Positions 9,843 to 20,311 of a stretch of DNA of 64,000 nucleotides are shown here, piece by piece. The position numbers and the translations under genes were made by a program. The notes under the pieces were generated by a model. The model had not been told where the DNA came from. It worked only from the letters and a program-made list of their open reading frames with translations, and searched no databases. The DNA comes from Gammaproteobacteria bacterium (lineage in GTDB: Bacteria; Pseudomonadota; Gammaproteobacteria; JADZEE01), in the NCBI GenBank assembly GCA_965225625.1, contig CBDDBH010000022.1, positions 66,103-130,102 of the forward strand, given 5' to 3'. The number at the start of each line of letters is the position of its first letter. Within the stretch, counting starts at the first letter, position 1.

Positions 9843-11168
9843 ATGATGAATTCGACTCGGCTGAAGCACATTTTCGCAATATCCCTGCCGATTATGGCCG
9901 GGATGGCGTCGCAGAATGTACTGAACCTCGTAGACACGGCCATGGTCGGTGTTCTTGGCAACACTGCGCTGGCCGCCGTGGGCGTGGGTGGTTTCGCCGC
10001 ATTTTTGTGTCAAGGTTTAGTCATGGGTGTTTCCACTGGCGTGCTAGCGATCGCAGCACGCTGGAAGGGCGAAGGTCGCGCCGAGGGCACGGCCCTGATC
10101 CTTAACGCTGCGTTGGTCTGTGTACTGGTATTTGCGCCGCCGTTATCACTGGTCATGTTCCTGTGCGCGCCAGTATTGTTTCCGTACCTAAATGTAGATC
10201 CCGCAGTGGTTGCCGCCGGCGTACCGTATTTGCAGATCCGCATATTGGCCACGGTTTTTGTCGGAATTAATTACGCCTTTCGTGGTTATTGGAACGCGGT
10301 TGATTTATCCAAGTTGTATATGAAAACGCTGGTGATCATGCATGGGGTCAACATCGTGCTCAATTACATTCTGATATTTGGAAAGCTGGGATTCCCTGCA
10401 CTCGGCGTAACCGGGGCTGGGCTTGCCACTGCTATATCTACGGCGGTAGGCAGCGCGATCTACGTTTGGCTGGCGCTGCGCCACGCAAGGCCGCAGGGTT
10501 TTCTGCGCGAGTTGCCGCGACTCGCCGATCTCGGCTTGCTGATCCGACTCTCGGTCCCAAGCAGTATTCAAAATACCTTGTTTGCCGCTGGGTTTACCGC
10601 AACCTACTGGATTATCGGCCTGGTCGGCACGGCTGAACTCGCGGCTGCCAACGTCCTCATGAATTTGCTGCTCGTTGCGATCCTTCCGACTTTCGGTCTC
10701 GGCCTTGCCGCGTCAGCTTTGGTGGGGCAGGCCCTGGGCCGGGCGGATCCCGATGACGCGCATCAATGGGCTTGGGATGTACTGCGGGTTGCGGTCGTGA
10801 TGATCGCCTTCATTGCCGTGCCTATGTTGTTATTACCCGATCTAATTCTCAAGGCGTTTTTGCACGATGCCACGACGCGGGATTTGGCGCGCTTGCCCAT
10901 GCGCATCACCGGCGCCAGTTTACTGTTCGAGGCCGTCGGCATCGTGTTCATGAACGCTCTGCAGGGTGCGGGAGATACTAAACGCACGATGCAGATCTCC
11001 GTCGCATCGCAGTGGGTGCTGTTCCTGCCACTGGCCTTTTTGGTTGGGCCGCTATTGGGTTACGGGCTGCTCGGGATCTGGTTGACGCAGGCGTTTTACA
11101 GGACGCTGCAGGCAGCGGTGTTCTGGTGGTTCTGGGAACGGCGAGGCTGGGTGCAGATTAAGTTGTAA
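9843..11168 (+). CDS. MATE family multidrug/sodium efflux transporter
   Basis: 12-TM MATE signature (ISLPIMAGMASQNVLNLVDTAMVG...). Confidence 0.8.
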   Translation: MMNSTRLKHIFAISLPIMAGMASQNVLNLVDTAMVGVLGNTALAAVGVGGFAAFLCQGLVMGVSTGVLAIAARWKGEGRAEGTALILNAALVCVLVFAPPLSLVMFLCAPVLFPYLNVDPAVVAAGVPYLQIRILATVFVGINYAFRGYWNAVDLSKLYMKTLVIMHGVNIVLNYILIFGKLGFPALGVTGAGLATAISTAVGSAIYVWLALRHARPQGFLRELPRLADLGLLIRLSVPSSIQNTLFAAGFTATYWIIGLVGTAELAAANVLMNLLLVAILPTFGLGLAASALVGQALGRADPDDAHQWAWDVLRVAVVMIAFIAVPMLLLPDLILKAFLHDATTRDLARLPMRITGASLLFEAVGIVFMNALQGAGDTKRTMQISVASQWVLFLPLAFLVGPLLGYGLLGIWLTQAFYRTLQAAVFWWFWERRGWVQIKL

Positions 11169-11213
11169 AAAAATCCAAGAAACATGGTTCAGCGCCTTCA
11201 TGCAGAACGCGGG

Positions 11214-12857
11214 TCAGCGAAAACAAACATCGAATCCAGCCGCCTGCATCTCGGTGCGAAGTTTGGTCTTCAGCATTTTGCCGGTACCCGTCAGTGCGAT
11301 GGCATCGACAAACGCAACTTCTTCGGGCAACCACCAACGCGCGACTTTGTCGGCGAGATAATCGAGGATCTCCTGTTTGCCGACAGTGCTGCCTTTTGCG
11401 CGCACACAGATCAGCAGTGGCCGTTCCTGCCATTTCTCATGGGTGATGGCGATTACGGCCGCCTGTGTCAGTTCGGGGTGGCCGACCGCGATGTTCTCCA
11501 GTTCCACTGAACTGATCCATTCTCCGCCGGATTTGATCACATCCTTGGATCGGTCTCGTAGCGTGAGGTAACCATGCTCGTCCATGACCGCCACATCGCC
11601 GGTGTTAAACCAGCCTTCGGCGTCCAGCGGTGAGCCACCTTCGCCTTTGAAATATCCCGATGAGATGGAGTAACCCTTAGTCTGCAGATAGCCCAGTGTT
11701 TCGCCATCGTGCAGGACGGGCTGGCCCGCATCGTCGACGATGCGAATTTGGGTTGACCAGTTGGGACGCCCTGAGCGCGTCATGAATTCAATCTGGCTAT
11801 CCACATCGAGTTCGCCGTGGCCGGGTTTCAGCGTACCGGTAGAGCCACCCAGACACTCCGTCATACCCCAGGTGTCGAGCAGATCAACGTCGTAGTCCCT
11901 TTTAAATTTTTCGACCATCCAACGCGGCGGCGCGGCGCCGGAAGTCAGTACGGTTTTGAGGTGTGTCAACGCCTTGCCGGTTTTTTCCAGATAATCGAGC
12001 AGGATCAACCACAGCGTGGGTACCGCACACATGAAATTGATCTGCTCGCCGTCGAGCAATTCAAACAGGCTCTTTGCGTCATAGCCACGCCCGGGCAGCA
12101 CTAATTTGGAACCGAACGCGGGCGCGGAGTACGGCATCATCCAGGCGTTGCCATGAAACATGGGCGACACCGCGAAACCGATGGAGCGCTCACCGTGAGA
12201 AGACCGGGCAATAAATTCACGCAACCCGCCGGTCAGGGTAGTCAGTACCATTGCCCGATGGGAGTAAACCACGCCTTTGGGATTCCCCGTGGTGCCCGAG
12301 GTGTAGCAAATCGAAGACGCGGCGCGCTCGTCAAAATCGGGCCACTCATAATCACCGTCTTGCGCGTCCAACAACGTCTCGTAACAACACAGATTCGGCA
12401 GAGCCAGGTCCGCCGGCATGTCGCTTGCGGCGCACATCAGACAGTAACCCTGCACTGTGTTTAGTTCCGGGGCGATGTCCTTTACCAGCTCCAAAGTAGC
12501 GAGGTCGAAGAACATCCATTTGTCTTCGCAATGATTGATGATGTAAATGATTTGCGCCCGGTGCAGGCGCGGGTTGACGGTGTGCAGGACTGCGCCGGTT
12601 CCGGATACGCCGTAGAACATCTCGAAATGCCGATGCGTATTCCAGGCAAGCGTGCCGACGCGCTCACCCTGGCTTATGCCTAATTGCTGAATCGTCTGCG
12701 CCAGTTTTAGCGAGCGTAGATGAGCGCTTGTATAGTCGTAGCGAAACAACGAACCATCGATGTCGCGTGCCACGATTTCGGTGTTGCCATGAGCGTGTGC
12801 CGCATGCCGCAAAAACCTCGACAGCATCAGGGGCATGTCCATCATCAGGCCCTGCAT
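11214..12857 (-). CDS. long-chain fatty-acid--CoA ligase (AMP-binding family)
   Basis: AMP-binding motifs [12 protein letters not shown] and GYGMTE-like. The likely start is the internal [12 protein letters not shown] at 12857, 30 nt after the upstream CBS gene stop. Confidence 0.8.
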   Translation of the reverse strand: MQGLMMDMPLMLSRFLRHAAHAHGNTEIVARDIDGSLFRYDYTSAHLRSLKLAQTIQQLGISQGERVGTLAWNTHRHFEMFYGVSGTGAVLHTVNPRLHRAQIIYIINHCEDKWMFFDLATLELVKDIAPELNTVQGYCLMCAASDMPADLALPNLCCYETLLDAQDGDYEWPDFDERAASSICYTSGTTGNPKGVVYSHRAMVLTTLTGGLREFIARSSHGERSIGFAVSPMFHGNAWMMPYSAPAFGSKLVLPGRGYDAKSLFELLDGEQINFMCAVPTLWLILLDYLEKTGKALTHLKTVLTSGAAPPRWMVEKFKRDYDVDLLDTWGMTECLGGSTGTLKPGHGELDVDSQIEFMTRSGRPNWSTQIRIVDDAGQPVLHDGETLGYLQTKGYSISSGYFKGEGGSPLDAEGWFNTGDVAVMDEHGYLTLRDRSKDVIKSGGEWISSVELENIAVGHPELTQAAVIAITHEKWQERPLLICVRAKGSTVGKQEILDYLADKVARWWLPEEVAFVDAIALTGTGKMLKTKLRTEMQAAGFDVCFR

Positions 12858-12886
12858 TTCGTTTTCCTTCCGCTGGCTATCGCGAA

Positions 12887-13315
12887 CTATGCTCGGATGT
12901 AGCTTTCGAGTTGCTGGATGGTGAATTGCTGCTCGGCGATGATGGTTTTGACCAGATCGCCGATCGAGACCATTCCCAGTAAATGATCTTGCTCCACGAT
13001 AGGCAGGTGCCGAATACGTTTGTCCGTCACTAAGGCCATGCATTCTTCGATCGTCAGGTCTGGTCGTCCGCAGACCACGTTAGTAGTCATGATCTCGTCG
13101 ACCTGAGTCGATTGCGATGAGCGGCCCTGCAAAATGACTTTTCTCGCATAGTCGCGCTCCGAGATGATGCCAACCATCTTCTCGTCACTCATCACAATCA
13201 ATGCGCCGACGTTTTTGTCGGCCATCAGTTTGATAGCATCAAACACTGAGCTGTCTGGTGCGACGCTCCAAATCTCCGTGCCTTTAGCCGCAAGCAGTTC
13301 TCCCGCTGTTTTCAT
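12887..13315 (-). CDS. CBS-domain pair protein
   Basis: Two CBS motifs (GALIVMSDEKMVGIISERD ...; HLPIVEQDHLLGMVSIGDL). Confidence 0.75.
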   Translation of the reverse strand: MKTAGELLAAKGTEIWSVAPDSSVFDAIKLMADKNVGALIVMSDEKMVGIISERDYARKVILQGRSSQSTQVDEIMTTNVVCGRPDLTIEECMALVTDKRIRHLPIVEQDHLLGMVSIGDLVKTIIAEQQFTIQQLESYIRA

Positions 13316-13331
13316 GGCTATCTCCAGTCAA

Positions 13332-14969
13332 TCAAAATCGTGAAGTTGTTAGTGTAACGTCAGCCCGTGACCAGGCTTGGGTAAACCGTTTCGTGGCCTG
13401 GGCCGCTTCTGCATCACGATGCTGCGCGCGTAGACTTTGCGCCAGGCCATACAGCGAACGCGCGTTTTCCCGATTTATCTCCAGATCCCTGCTGTAGACG
13501 GCCTCGGCCTGAGCAGGCTGCTCGGCGTTCAACAGCGCTACGCCCAGGGATTGTCGGACAGGGTAGTACCAGTAGGGGGGCTCCATGTACGGTAGCGCAT
13601 CTTGCCGCTCGACAGCCATCTTCAGCGCGTTGATCTGCTCGGAGTAAAGCCGCTCGGCGCCGGCAAGCTCCCCATTTAAAATATCTGTAGCAATAAAAAT
13701 GAGGCTTTTGCCCATCAACAAGGGCACCTCCATTGCCTCCAAATCATCGGACTTGCTGATTGTTGTGAGTGCTGCCCCCTCGCCCTTGGCCGCAGCGAAA
13801 TCACCTTGTGCCAGGTAGGCGAGGCCACGTGCGTAATGCCAGATAGCTGTCCAATAAATGAGCTCGCCGGGAGGAGCAGGCTCGGCCAGTATTTCGTCCC
13901 ACTTGCCAAATTGCACCAGACCGAACAACGGCATCGGCAAAAAGAACTCGAGAAACGGCAGTTGCGGGATCTGCTCGATCGGTATGTTTCGCGCAAGTTT
14001 GCGGGCCGCTTCAATTGAGACGGCGCTGCGGCCCTCCATCGCTGAGCTGAACCACAGGAAGTGAATGTTGTGCGGGTAGTACAAGGCCGGATAAAACCCC
14101 TGCGCATTACATTGTGCGATGTAAGACTCATCCGCGCTTGCGGCCAGTTCGTTTGCTACCGAAGCATCGTGATAGCGGCCCACTCGAATGTAGATGTGTG
14201 AGGGCATATGTACGAGATGACCTGCGCCCGGTACCAAATTCCTGAGGCGATCAGCATACGGCTCGGCGCGTTCTGGCGTTGTCGACGCCTCGACGATATG
14301 AATATAGAAATGAATTGCGCCGACATGCGCGGGATCTTCCTTCAATATTCCTTCGAGTGTGGCGATTACTTCGCTAGTCGCGGGCTTGGGCTCCAGATCC
14401 TTGGTCCAATAGTCCCACGGCATGAGGTCCATCTGCGCTTCGGCAAATAGTGCGCGTGCATCAAGATCCTCGCCGTGGCGTTTCACCACGCCGCGCATCG
14501 CTTCGGCATAAGCCCGATCCAACGCCGACCGGTCGGCCACCGGTGCCGGCGCGTAGCGCTGCGCGAGCGCTTCGATATATGCCTGTTCCCGAGCACTGAC
14601 GGTTGCCGACAGCGCAAGCGCTTTTTGCGCCGCCGCATACGCAGCAGCCACGTCGGCGTCATCCATGGGTTTATTGATGTTTGGTCCACGCACGAACGCC
14701 TGACCCCAGAAACACATTGCGCAGTTCGGGTCGAGTTTCGCCGCGGCTTCAAACGAACGCAGTGCTTCGGCGTGGTTGAAGCCATAAGCGAGGATTAAGC
14801 CTTGATCGAAGTAGCGCTGGGCGAGAGGAACATCCGTGCTGATAGCGTGATGGTGAGTGCCCAGGTCATCGAACAAAGGCGCCGAAAGTGGCTGCGTGGG
14901 CGATTTGGTCACTGAAGTGCAAGCCGATAACAATGCAAGAACTACGCATGTGATGGTTATTGTTTTCAT
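13332..14969 (-). CDS. TPR-like repeat lipoprotein, function unknown
   Basis: Lipoprotein signal VVLALLSAC followed by helical-repeat composition; 545 aa. Confidence 0.55.
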   Translation of the reverse strand: MKTITITCVVLALLSACTSVTKSPTQPLSAPLFDDLGTHHHAISTDVPLAQRYFDQGLILAYGFNHAEALRSFEAAAKLDPNCAMCFWGQAFVRGPNINKPMDDADVAAAYAAAQKALALSATVSAREQAYIEALAQRYAPAPVADRSALDRAYAEAMRGVVKRHGEDLDARALFAEAQMDLMPWDYWTKDLEPKPATSEVIATLEGILKEDPAHVGAIHFYIHIVEASTTPERAEPYADRLRNLVPGAGHLVHMPSHIYIRVGRYHDASVANELAASADESYIAQCNAQGFYPALYYPHNIHFLWFSSAMEGRSAVSIEAARKLARNIPIEQIPQLPFLEFFLPMPLFGLVQFGKWDEILAEPAPPGELIYWTAIWHYARGLAYLAQGDFAAAKGEGAALTTISKSDDLEAMEVPLLMGKSLIFIATDILNGELAGAERLYSEQINALKMAVERQDALPYMEPPYWYYPVRQSLGVALLNAEQPAQAEAVYSRDLEINRENARSLYGLAQSLRAQHRDAEAAQATKRFTQAWSRADVTLTTSRF

Positions 14970-15142
14970 TGTTTTGCCTCGCGTTCCTTCCCCCGTGATC
15001 CTACTCTTGAACCGGACCCCCGGGCACCCACGACGACGAAAAGGTTCACGTCCATAAGCATGCCGGGGTCTGTCGTTTCTGAATTGTGCTAGCCTAGCGG
15101 GATAGGCCGAACGCTGGCAACTTTCAAATTGCGGGTAATTTC

Positions 15143-16258
15143 ATGATTTCTTTATCTCACGGCGGAACGTCAATTTACGCCTGTGCCGGTCCAGTACGGA
15201 AAATGCTGGTGGCGACCGTAGACGGTGTAGTTACCTTATCTCGCGACGCAGACGCTGCGCCGTGGCAGGTGAGCGCCGACGGGCTGCAGGGTAGTCATAT
15301 TGTCGGCATTGCGATCGAACCTCAAAGCGGAGCGGTTATCGCAACCAGCCATAATGCCGGTGTCGCTGTGAGTGAGGATGGCGCGGCGACATGGCAGCCG
15401 CGTAATGAAGGACTGGCCCCGTCCAACGTCTACAGCGTTGTCTGCGCCCGTAGCAACGGCCACATGCGCCTGTACGCAGGAACTGAACCGACAGGACTGT
15501 ATGTAAGCGACGATCTCGGCCGGCAGTGGACAGAAATGCCGGCATTGACCAGCGTTCCCGGCAATGAAGAGTGGATGTTTCCGCTGCCGCCTAATGATGC
15601 ACATTTAAAAAACATCACGGTGGACACCCACGATCCGCAGGTGCTGTATGCGTCCGTGGAGCAGGGGGCGTTATTGCGCAGCCGCGACGCAGGCAATAGC
15701 TGGGAGATATTCGATACCGTCGATGCCGACGTTCACCGCGTATTACTGAAATCCGATAAACGCACGATATTCGCGCCCACCGGCATGGGTGTCTATCGCA
15801 GCGACGACAACGGCGCGAACTGGATCAATATCTCACAGCAGAATGATGGACAGTTATCCCAAATCGGGTATCCGGATCCCATCGTCTGTGATCCCAACAA
15901 CGAACAATTGATGTTTGTCGCCGGTGCGGCGTCAGTACCGCCCACATGGATCCCGAACAAGTCAGCGAACTCGAAGATTGCGCGCAGCCGCGACGGCGGA
16001 GAGCACTGGCAGATCGTAAACAATGGATTGCCGCCCGTCATGGACGGTAACTTCGAAGCGATGGCGCTGGCCGCGTGGGATGGCGGCTGTGAGGTCTACC
16101 TCGGCACCACCGCTGGGGAAGTTTTCGCAAGCCACGACGAGGGTGAAAACTGGCACCAGATCGTCAACGGCATCCCTGCCGTATCCAAGAGCCTGCACTA
16201 TGTAATCGCGCACGGCGATATGGAAATGGCGATCGCAACCCCGGACCGCTTTAAATAA
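15143..16258 (+). CDS. BNR/Asp-box repeat beta-propeller protein (sialidase/Ycf48-like fold), no signal peptide
   Basis: Six SxDxGxxW repeats (SEDGAATW, SDDLGRQW, SRDAGNSW, SDDNGANW, SRDGGEHW, SHDEGENW). Confidence 0.65.
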   Translation: MISLSHGGTSIYACAGPVRKMLVATVDGVVTLSRDADAAPWQVSADGLQGSHIVGIAIEPQSGAVIATSHNAGVAVSEDGAATWQPRNEGLAPSNVYSVVCARSNGHMRLYAGTEPTGLYVSDDLGRQWTEMPALTSVPGNEEWMFPLPPNDAHLKNITVDTHDPQVLYASVEQGALLRSRDAGNSWEIFDTVDADVHRVLLKSDKRTIFAPTGMGVYRSDDNGANWINISQQNDGQLSQIGYPDPIVCDPNNEQLMFVAGAASVPPTWIPNKSANSKIARSRDGGEHWQIVNNGLPPVMDGNFEAMALAAWDGGCEVYLGTTAGEVFASHDEGENWHQIVNGIPAVSKSLHYVIAHGDMEMAIATPDRFK

Positions 16259-16280
16259 ATCGAAAATTTAATTGGGGTCT

Positions 16281-16341
16281 AATTTAATTGGGGTCAGATA
16301 CACATTTTTGCAAAAAATGTGTATCTGACCCCAATTAAATT
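16281..16341. repeat. 61-bp perfect palindrome (29-bp arms AATTTAATTGGGGTCAGATACACATTTTT / GC loop) with a third direct copy of AATTTAATTGGGGTC upstream; probable bidirectional terminator between convergent genes
   Basis: Read directly; AT-rich relative to surroundings. The right arm overlaps the stop of the MFS gene. Confidence 0.6.
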
Positions 16342-17540
16342 CGTGGCTTGGCCAGAGGCGCGATGCGGGTAAGTAATAGCAGGCTGATTACGCACGCGAT
16401 CCAGATTGCGATGACCAACAGGAAACCGGTCCGATAACTCTGTGAAGTGTCGTAAATCAGTCCGATCAATACCGGGCCGATAAACCCTGCGAAGCAGATG
16501 GTTGTTTGGAAGTATCCGTATATAGCGCTGAACGCGCGTGTACCGAAACTGCGTGACACAACCATCACCATCATCGTGCTGACCCCACCGTAGGCGATGC
16601 CGAACAGCAGGATGTAACTTACGGCCCACCAGCCAGTGGGGCCGGCAAGTACAAATACTATCGCCAGGGCGCCGCAGCTGCAGGTGCTCGCAGCCAGACG
16701 ATACGAATCGAAGTGATCGCTTGCCCAACCGCAAGACAGTCCCGAGAACATTGAGCAGACCATAATGGCGCTAACTATCAAGGAGGCGTCCTGCAATGAG
16801 TGCCCCGCATCGATAAAGAACGGCAATTGATGGGTGAGCATGGAGAAGATGCCAAACAGCAGGAAGAAGTAAACGCTTAGCAGGAACCAGAAACGGCGCG
16901 TGCGAACGACTTCGCCCGGCGTGGGTCCAATCATGTGCGATGGTCGTGGTGTTCCGTCGGCGTTGGCGACGGCGCCGTCGGGATGCAGTCCGGATTGCTG
17001 AGGGGTATCGCGCATCGCAAAAATTAGCAAAGGCAGCGCCAACGCCATCAACAATGACGCTATCAATAACGCCTCTCGCCAGCCTACGGACTCGACGATT
17101 AGGGACAATAACGGTGTAAACAGCAGGCCGCCGAGCGGCGGGCCGAGCAAGGCTATGCCGGTTGCCCGGCCGCTATAGCGATCGAACCAGTGAGTCAGGA
17201 TAGACGTTACCGGTACGTGCGCCATGCAGGCGAAAGAAACACCCAGTAGAGCGCGCAAAGCGTACAGTTGCCACAGTGCGTTCAAGCGCGACAAGGCAAG
17301 CAGGATCAGAGCGGAGGCCAGCGTCGCCGGGATCATGACGCGGCGCGGTCCGTAGCGAGCGGTCAGACGGCCCGCAAACGGCGCAGTCAAACCGATCGTC
17401 AGCAAGGTTATTGATATGCCGCCGGCAATGGCTGTTCTTGACCAGCCGAACTCGGCGGCAAAGGGTATAAAGAACACCGGAAACGCAAGGTTGCAGATGC
17501 CGCTGGCAAGCGTCATTTGCACCAGGCATACGGCTACCAT
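16335..17540 (-). CDS. MFS transporter
   Basis: 12-TM MFS topology with motif-A-like GRLTARYGPRR. Confidence 0.8.
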   Translation of the reverse strand: MVAVCLVQMTLASGICNLAFPVFFIPFAAEFGWSRTAIAGGISITLLTIGLTAPFAGRLTARYGPRRVMIPATLASALILLALSRLNALWQLYALRALLGVSFACMAHVPVTSILTHWFDRYSGRATGIALLGPPLGGLLFTPLLSLIVESVGWREALLIASLLMALALPLLIFAMRDTPQQSGLHPDGAVANADGTPRPSHMIGPTPGEVVRTRRFWFLLSVYFFLLFGIFSMLTHQLPFFIDAGHSLQDASLIVSAIMVCSMFSGLSCGWASDHFDSYRLAASTCSCGALAIVFVLAGPTGWWAVSYILLFGIAYGGVSTMMVMVVSRSFGTRAFSAIYGYFQTTICFAGFIGPVLIGLIYDTSQSYRTGFLLVIAIWIACVISLLLLTRIAPLAKPRI

Positions 17541-17613
17541 CCACCAGCCGTAAAAAATCCGCGGACGGGGCTGCTTAATGACTACGCTCTACGCTTGACC
17601 CGCCTGCTTCGGC

Positions 17614-18516
17614 TTAACTTCCCGCAAGCTCCCGATACACCATCGCGACAAAATGATCAGGACTGAAAAAGCCGCCGCCCCAGCGGGCGTCAAATTGCGC
17701 CGTGGGTTTCGCGGCAACAACCTGCTCCAAGGTCTTGCCTTGAGAGATCAATGCTTGCACTCGGTTGCGGATAGTTATCAGTAGATCGCGTACGGCGATG
17801 AGTTGGGCTTTGTCGGTGATCTCACCGTGGCCGGGAATGATGCGGGTAGCGGGCCCCGCAATGTCGATCGCCGTTTCAGTGCCTGCAATGATACCGGCGT
17901 AGCGACCGCCGTTGCCGGTATCGACGACGGGATAGCTGGTGGTGCGGAACACATCGCCCAGATGTAACACGTCAGAGCCACGGAAATGGATGAAGGTGTC
18001 GCCGTCAGTGTGTGCGGGGGCGATGCGAAAAGCGTGTACTTCCTCGCCATTGAGATGAAAGGTGATGGTGTCGCTGAAGGTGACGACCGGTAAGGCCGCC
18101 TGTAGTACCGGCGCCATTCGTTCATTGGTGCGCAGGTTCATGATGCCTGCCGCCAGCCGTTCACGTACGGAATCGCGGGCAAAGATCAATGCGCCACGTT
18201 TACCCATGTTCTCGTTGCCGCCGACATGATCGGGATGAATATGGGTGTTGATGAGAAACCGGATCGGCTGCGTCGAGATAGCGCTTACCGCGGCAACGAT
18301 CTTATCGGTCAGCGGCGCGAATTGATCGTCGATAAGGACCACACCGTCATCACCGGCGGAAACGCCGATGTTGCCGCCACGTCCCTCCAGCATATACACG
18401 CTGCCAGCCACATGATGGGTTTTTATGTGTACGCTATCCCAGTCTACTTCCTGAGCACTCACGCCATGCGTGTTGGCAAGCAGAAGTAGTATTGCAATCA
18501 CGGGGGAAATCCGCAT
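17614..18516 (-). CDS. MBL-fold metallo-hydrolase, secreted
   Basis: Signal peptide MRISPVIAILLLLANTHGVSA; HxHxDH motif THIHPDHVGG. Confidence 0.75.
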   Translation of the reverse strand: MRISPVIAILLLLANTHGVSAQEVDWDSVHIKTHHVAGSVYMLEGRGGNIGVSAGDDGVVLIDDQFAPLTDKIVAAVSAISTQPIRFLINTHIHPDHVGGNENMGKRGALIFARDSVRERLAAGIMNLRTNERMAPVLQAALPVVTFSDTITFHLNGEEVHAFRIAPAHTDGDTFIHFRGSDVLHLGDVFRTTSYPVVDTGNGGRYAGIIAGTETAIDIAGPATRIIPGHGEITDKAQLIAVRDLLITIRNRVQALISQGKTLEQVVAAKPTAQFDARWGGGFFSPDHFVAMVYRELAGS

Positions 18517-18552
18517 AGTTGGTCTCCCAGGCTTCGCCGGAGTTTATAAGCT

Positions 18553-19837
18553 GATGTCCAATCATACCGCACCGACCAATGGTGACGAGAGCATGCAGTG
18601 GCCCGCCAGCGATTTTTCGCGCGTGCCCTATTCGGTGTATGTCGATCCCGAGATTTATCAGCGTGAGCAGGCGCGTATTTTCAAGGGTCCGCTGTGGAGT
18701 TATCTGGGGCTGGAAGCGGAACTGCCCGAGGTTGGTTCATTCATCGCTTCCAGCATCGGCGATACCAGTATCATCGTCTCACGCAACAAAGACGGTGAGA
18801 TCCGCGCCTTTGTTAATCGTTGCGCCCATCGAGGCGCTACCGTGTGTAGGGTGCTGCGCGGCAAGACCAAGAATTTTCTCTGCGTGTACCACCAGTGGTC
18901 GTACGACTTAAACGGAGACTTAAAAGGGGTGCCCTATCGAAAGGGGATCCGTGGTGCAGGCGGCATGCCGGCAGACTTCGACATGCAGGAGCACGGACTG
19001 GAGAAAATACGCGTAGCGACCTACAAAGGAGTCATTTTCGGAACGTTCAGCGACGCGGCGGAACCATTAGAGGAATTCCTGGACGCGCCGCTGCGTAAGT
19101 ATCTGGATCGGCTGTTTGATAAAAAAATTACTGTTCTGGGTTATACCCGCCAAGTCGTGTCGGCGAACTGGAAACTGTATGTGGAGAACACCAAAGATCC
19201 GTATCACGCGGCGCTGCTGCATTTGTTTCATGCAACTTTCGGTTTTTACCGCTCGACGCAGCAAGGTGGTGTGACGCTCGACAAAGCAGGCATGCATAGC
19301 GCCATTTACGCGAAGATAGGCACGGACGACAACAGCAGCTTGAGCGAGGCTTTTTCGGAAACCCGATTTACCAAAATCGAGGCCGATGACACCGATTTTA
19401 AACTCAGTGACCCCTCTATTCTGAAAGCGCGCAAAGAGTTTGACGACGGCATCTCTACATTGATCATTCACATATTCCCGAGTGTCGTCATTCAACAGAT
19501 CAGCAACACGCTGGCGACGCGCAAGATCATCACCCATTCCAAGAATAAGTTTGAGTTGTTCTGGACTTATTTTGGCTACGCGGACGATGATGAGGAACTG
19601 CGCAAAATGCGCATCAAGCAGGCAAATCTAATCGGCCCTGCCGGGTTCATCTCCATGGAAGACGGCGAGGCCACGCGCCTGGTTCAGGCCAATGCAGAGC
19701 AGTCGCAACAACATCATTCCGTGATCGAAATGGGCGGGCTGGGCGAGATTGGTTCCGAGGACCATCTCGTTCATGAGACCTCTATCCGTGGCATGTGGCG
19801 ACAGTATTGCAAATTGATGGATATCCACGTTGGATGA
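18553..19837 (+). CDS. Rieske non-haem iron oxygenase alpha subunit (aromatic ring-hydroxylating)
   Basis: Rieske motif CAHRGATVC...CVYHQWSY with a catalytic domain. The start is probably MSNHTAPTNG at 18553, although the ORF opens at 18470. Confidence 0.8.
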
Positions 19838-20300
19838 CGACACGCGAAATCTCATCGAGGATCTAATTTCAGACAGCGCTCGGCTGATCGATGAGGATCG
19901 TCTCGAGGATTGGGTGGGACTGTTCGCCGATGACTGCGTTTATCGGATCACTACGCGTGAGAATTTCGATCATGACCTGCCGATCTCTATCATCGATTGC
20001 GAGGGCATCGGCATGCTGCGCGATCGTATCGTGTCATTGCGTCAGGCCAACATATACAACGTCCATTTTGATCGTCATCTGGTGACGAGTGTGCGCATCC
20101 TCGGGCAAGAAGGGAACCTCTACGAAGTGCATTGTTCCTACAGCGTTTACCAGACGACTCCGGAAGGTGAGTCCAGTCTTTACAGTATCGGTAAATACCT
20201 CGATAAGATCCGTATCGACGAAGGCATCGCGCGGTTCCAACAACGCATCGTCGTCGCCGACACGGCAGCTATACCTAATTTGCTTGCTACTCCCCTGTAG
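19830..20300 (+). CDS. Rieske oxygenase beta subunit (NTF2-like small subunit)
   Basis: Overlaps the alpha-subunit stop, and the ~155 aa size and SnoaL-like sequence fit a beta subunit; TTG start per the ORF track. Confidence 0.65.
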   Translation: MDDDTRNLIEDLISDSARLIDEDRLEDWVGLFADDCVYRITTRENFDHDLPISIIDCEGIGMLRDRIVSLRQANIYNVHFDRHLVTSVRILGQEGNLYEVHCSYSVYQTTPEGESSLYSIGKYLDKIRIDEGIARFQQRIVVADTAAIPNLLATPL

Positions 20301-20311
20301 TTTTCCACAGC

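Noticed and set aside
16264-16341. Repeated AATTTAATTGGGGTC units considered as a mini CRISPR-like array
   Set aside because: There are only three copies, two of which are the arms of one perfect palindrome, and no spacer structure.
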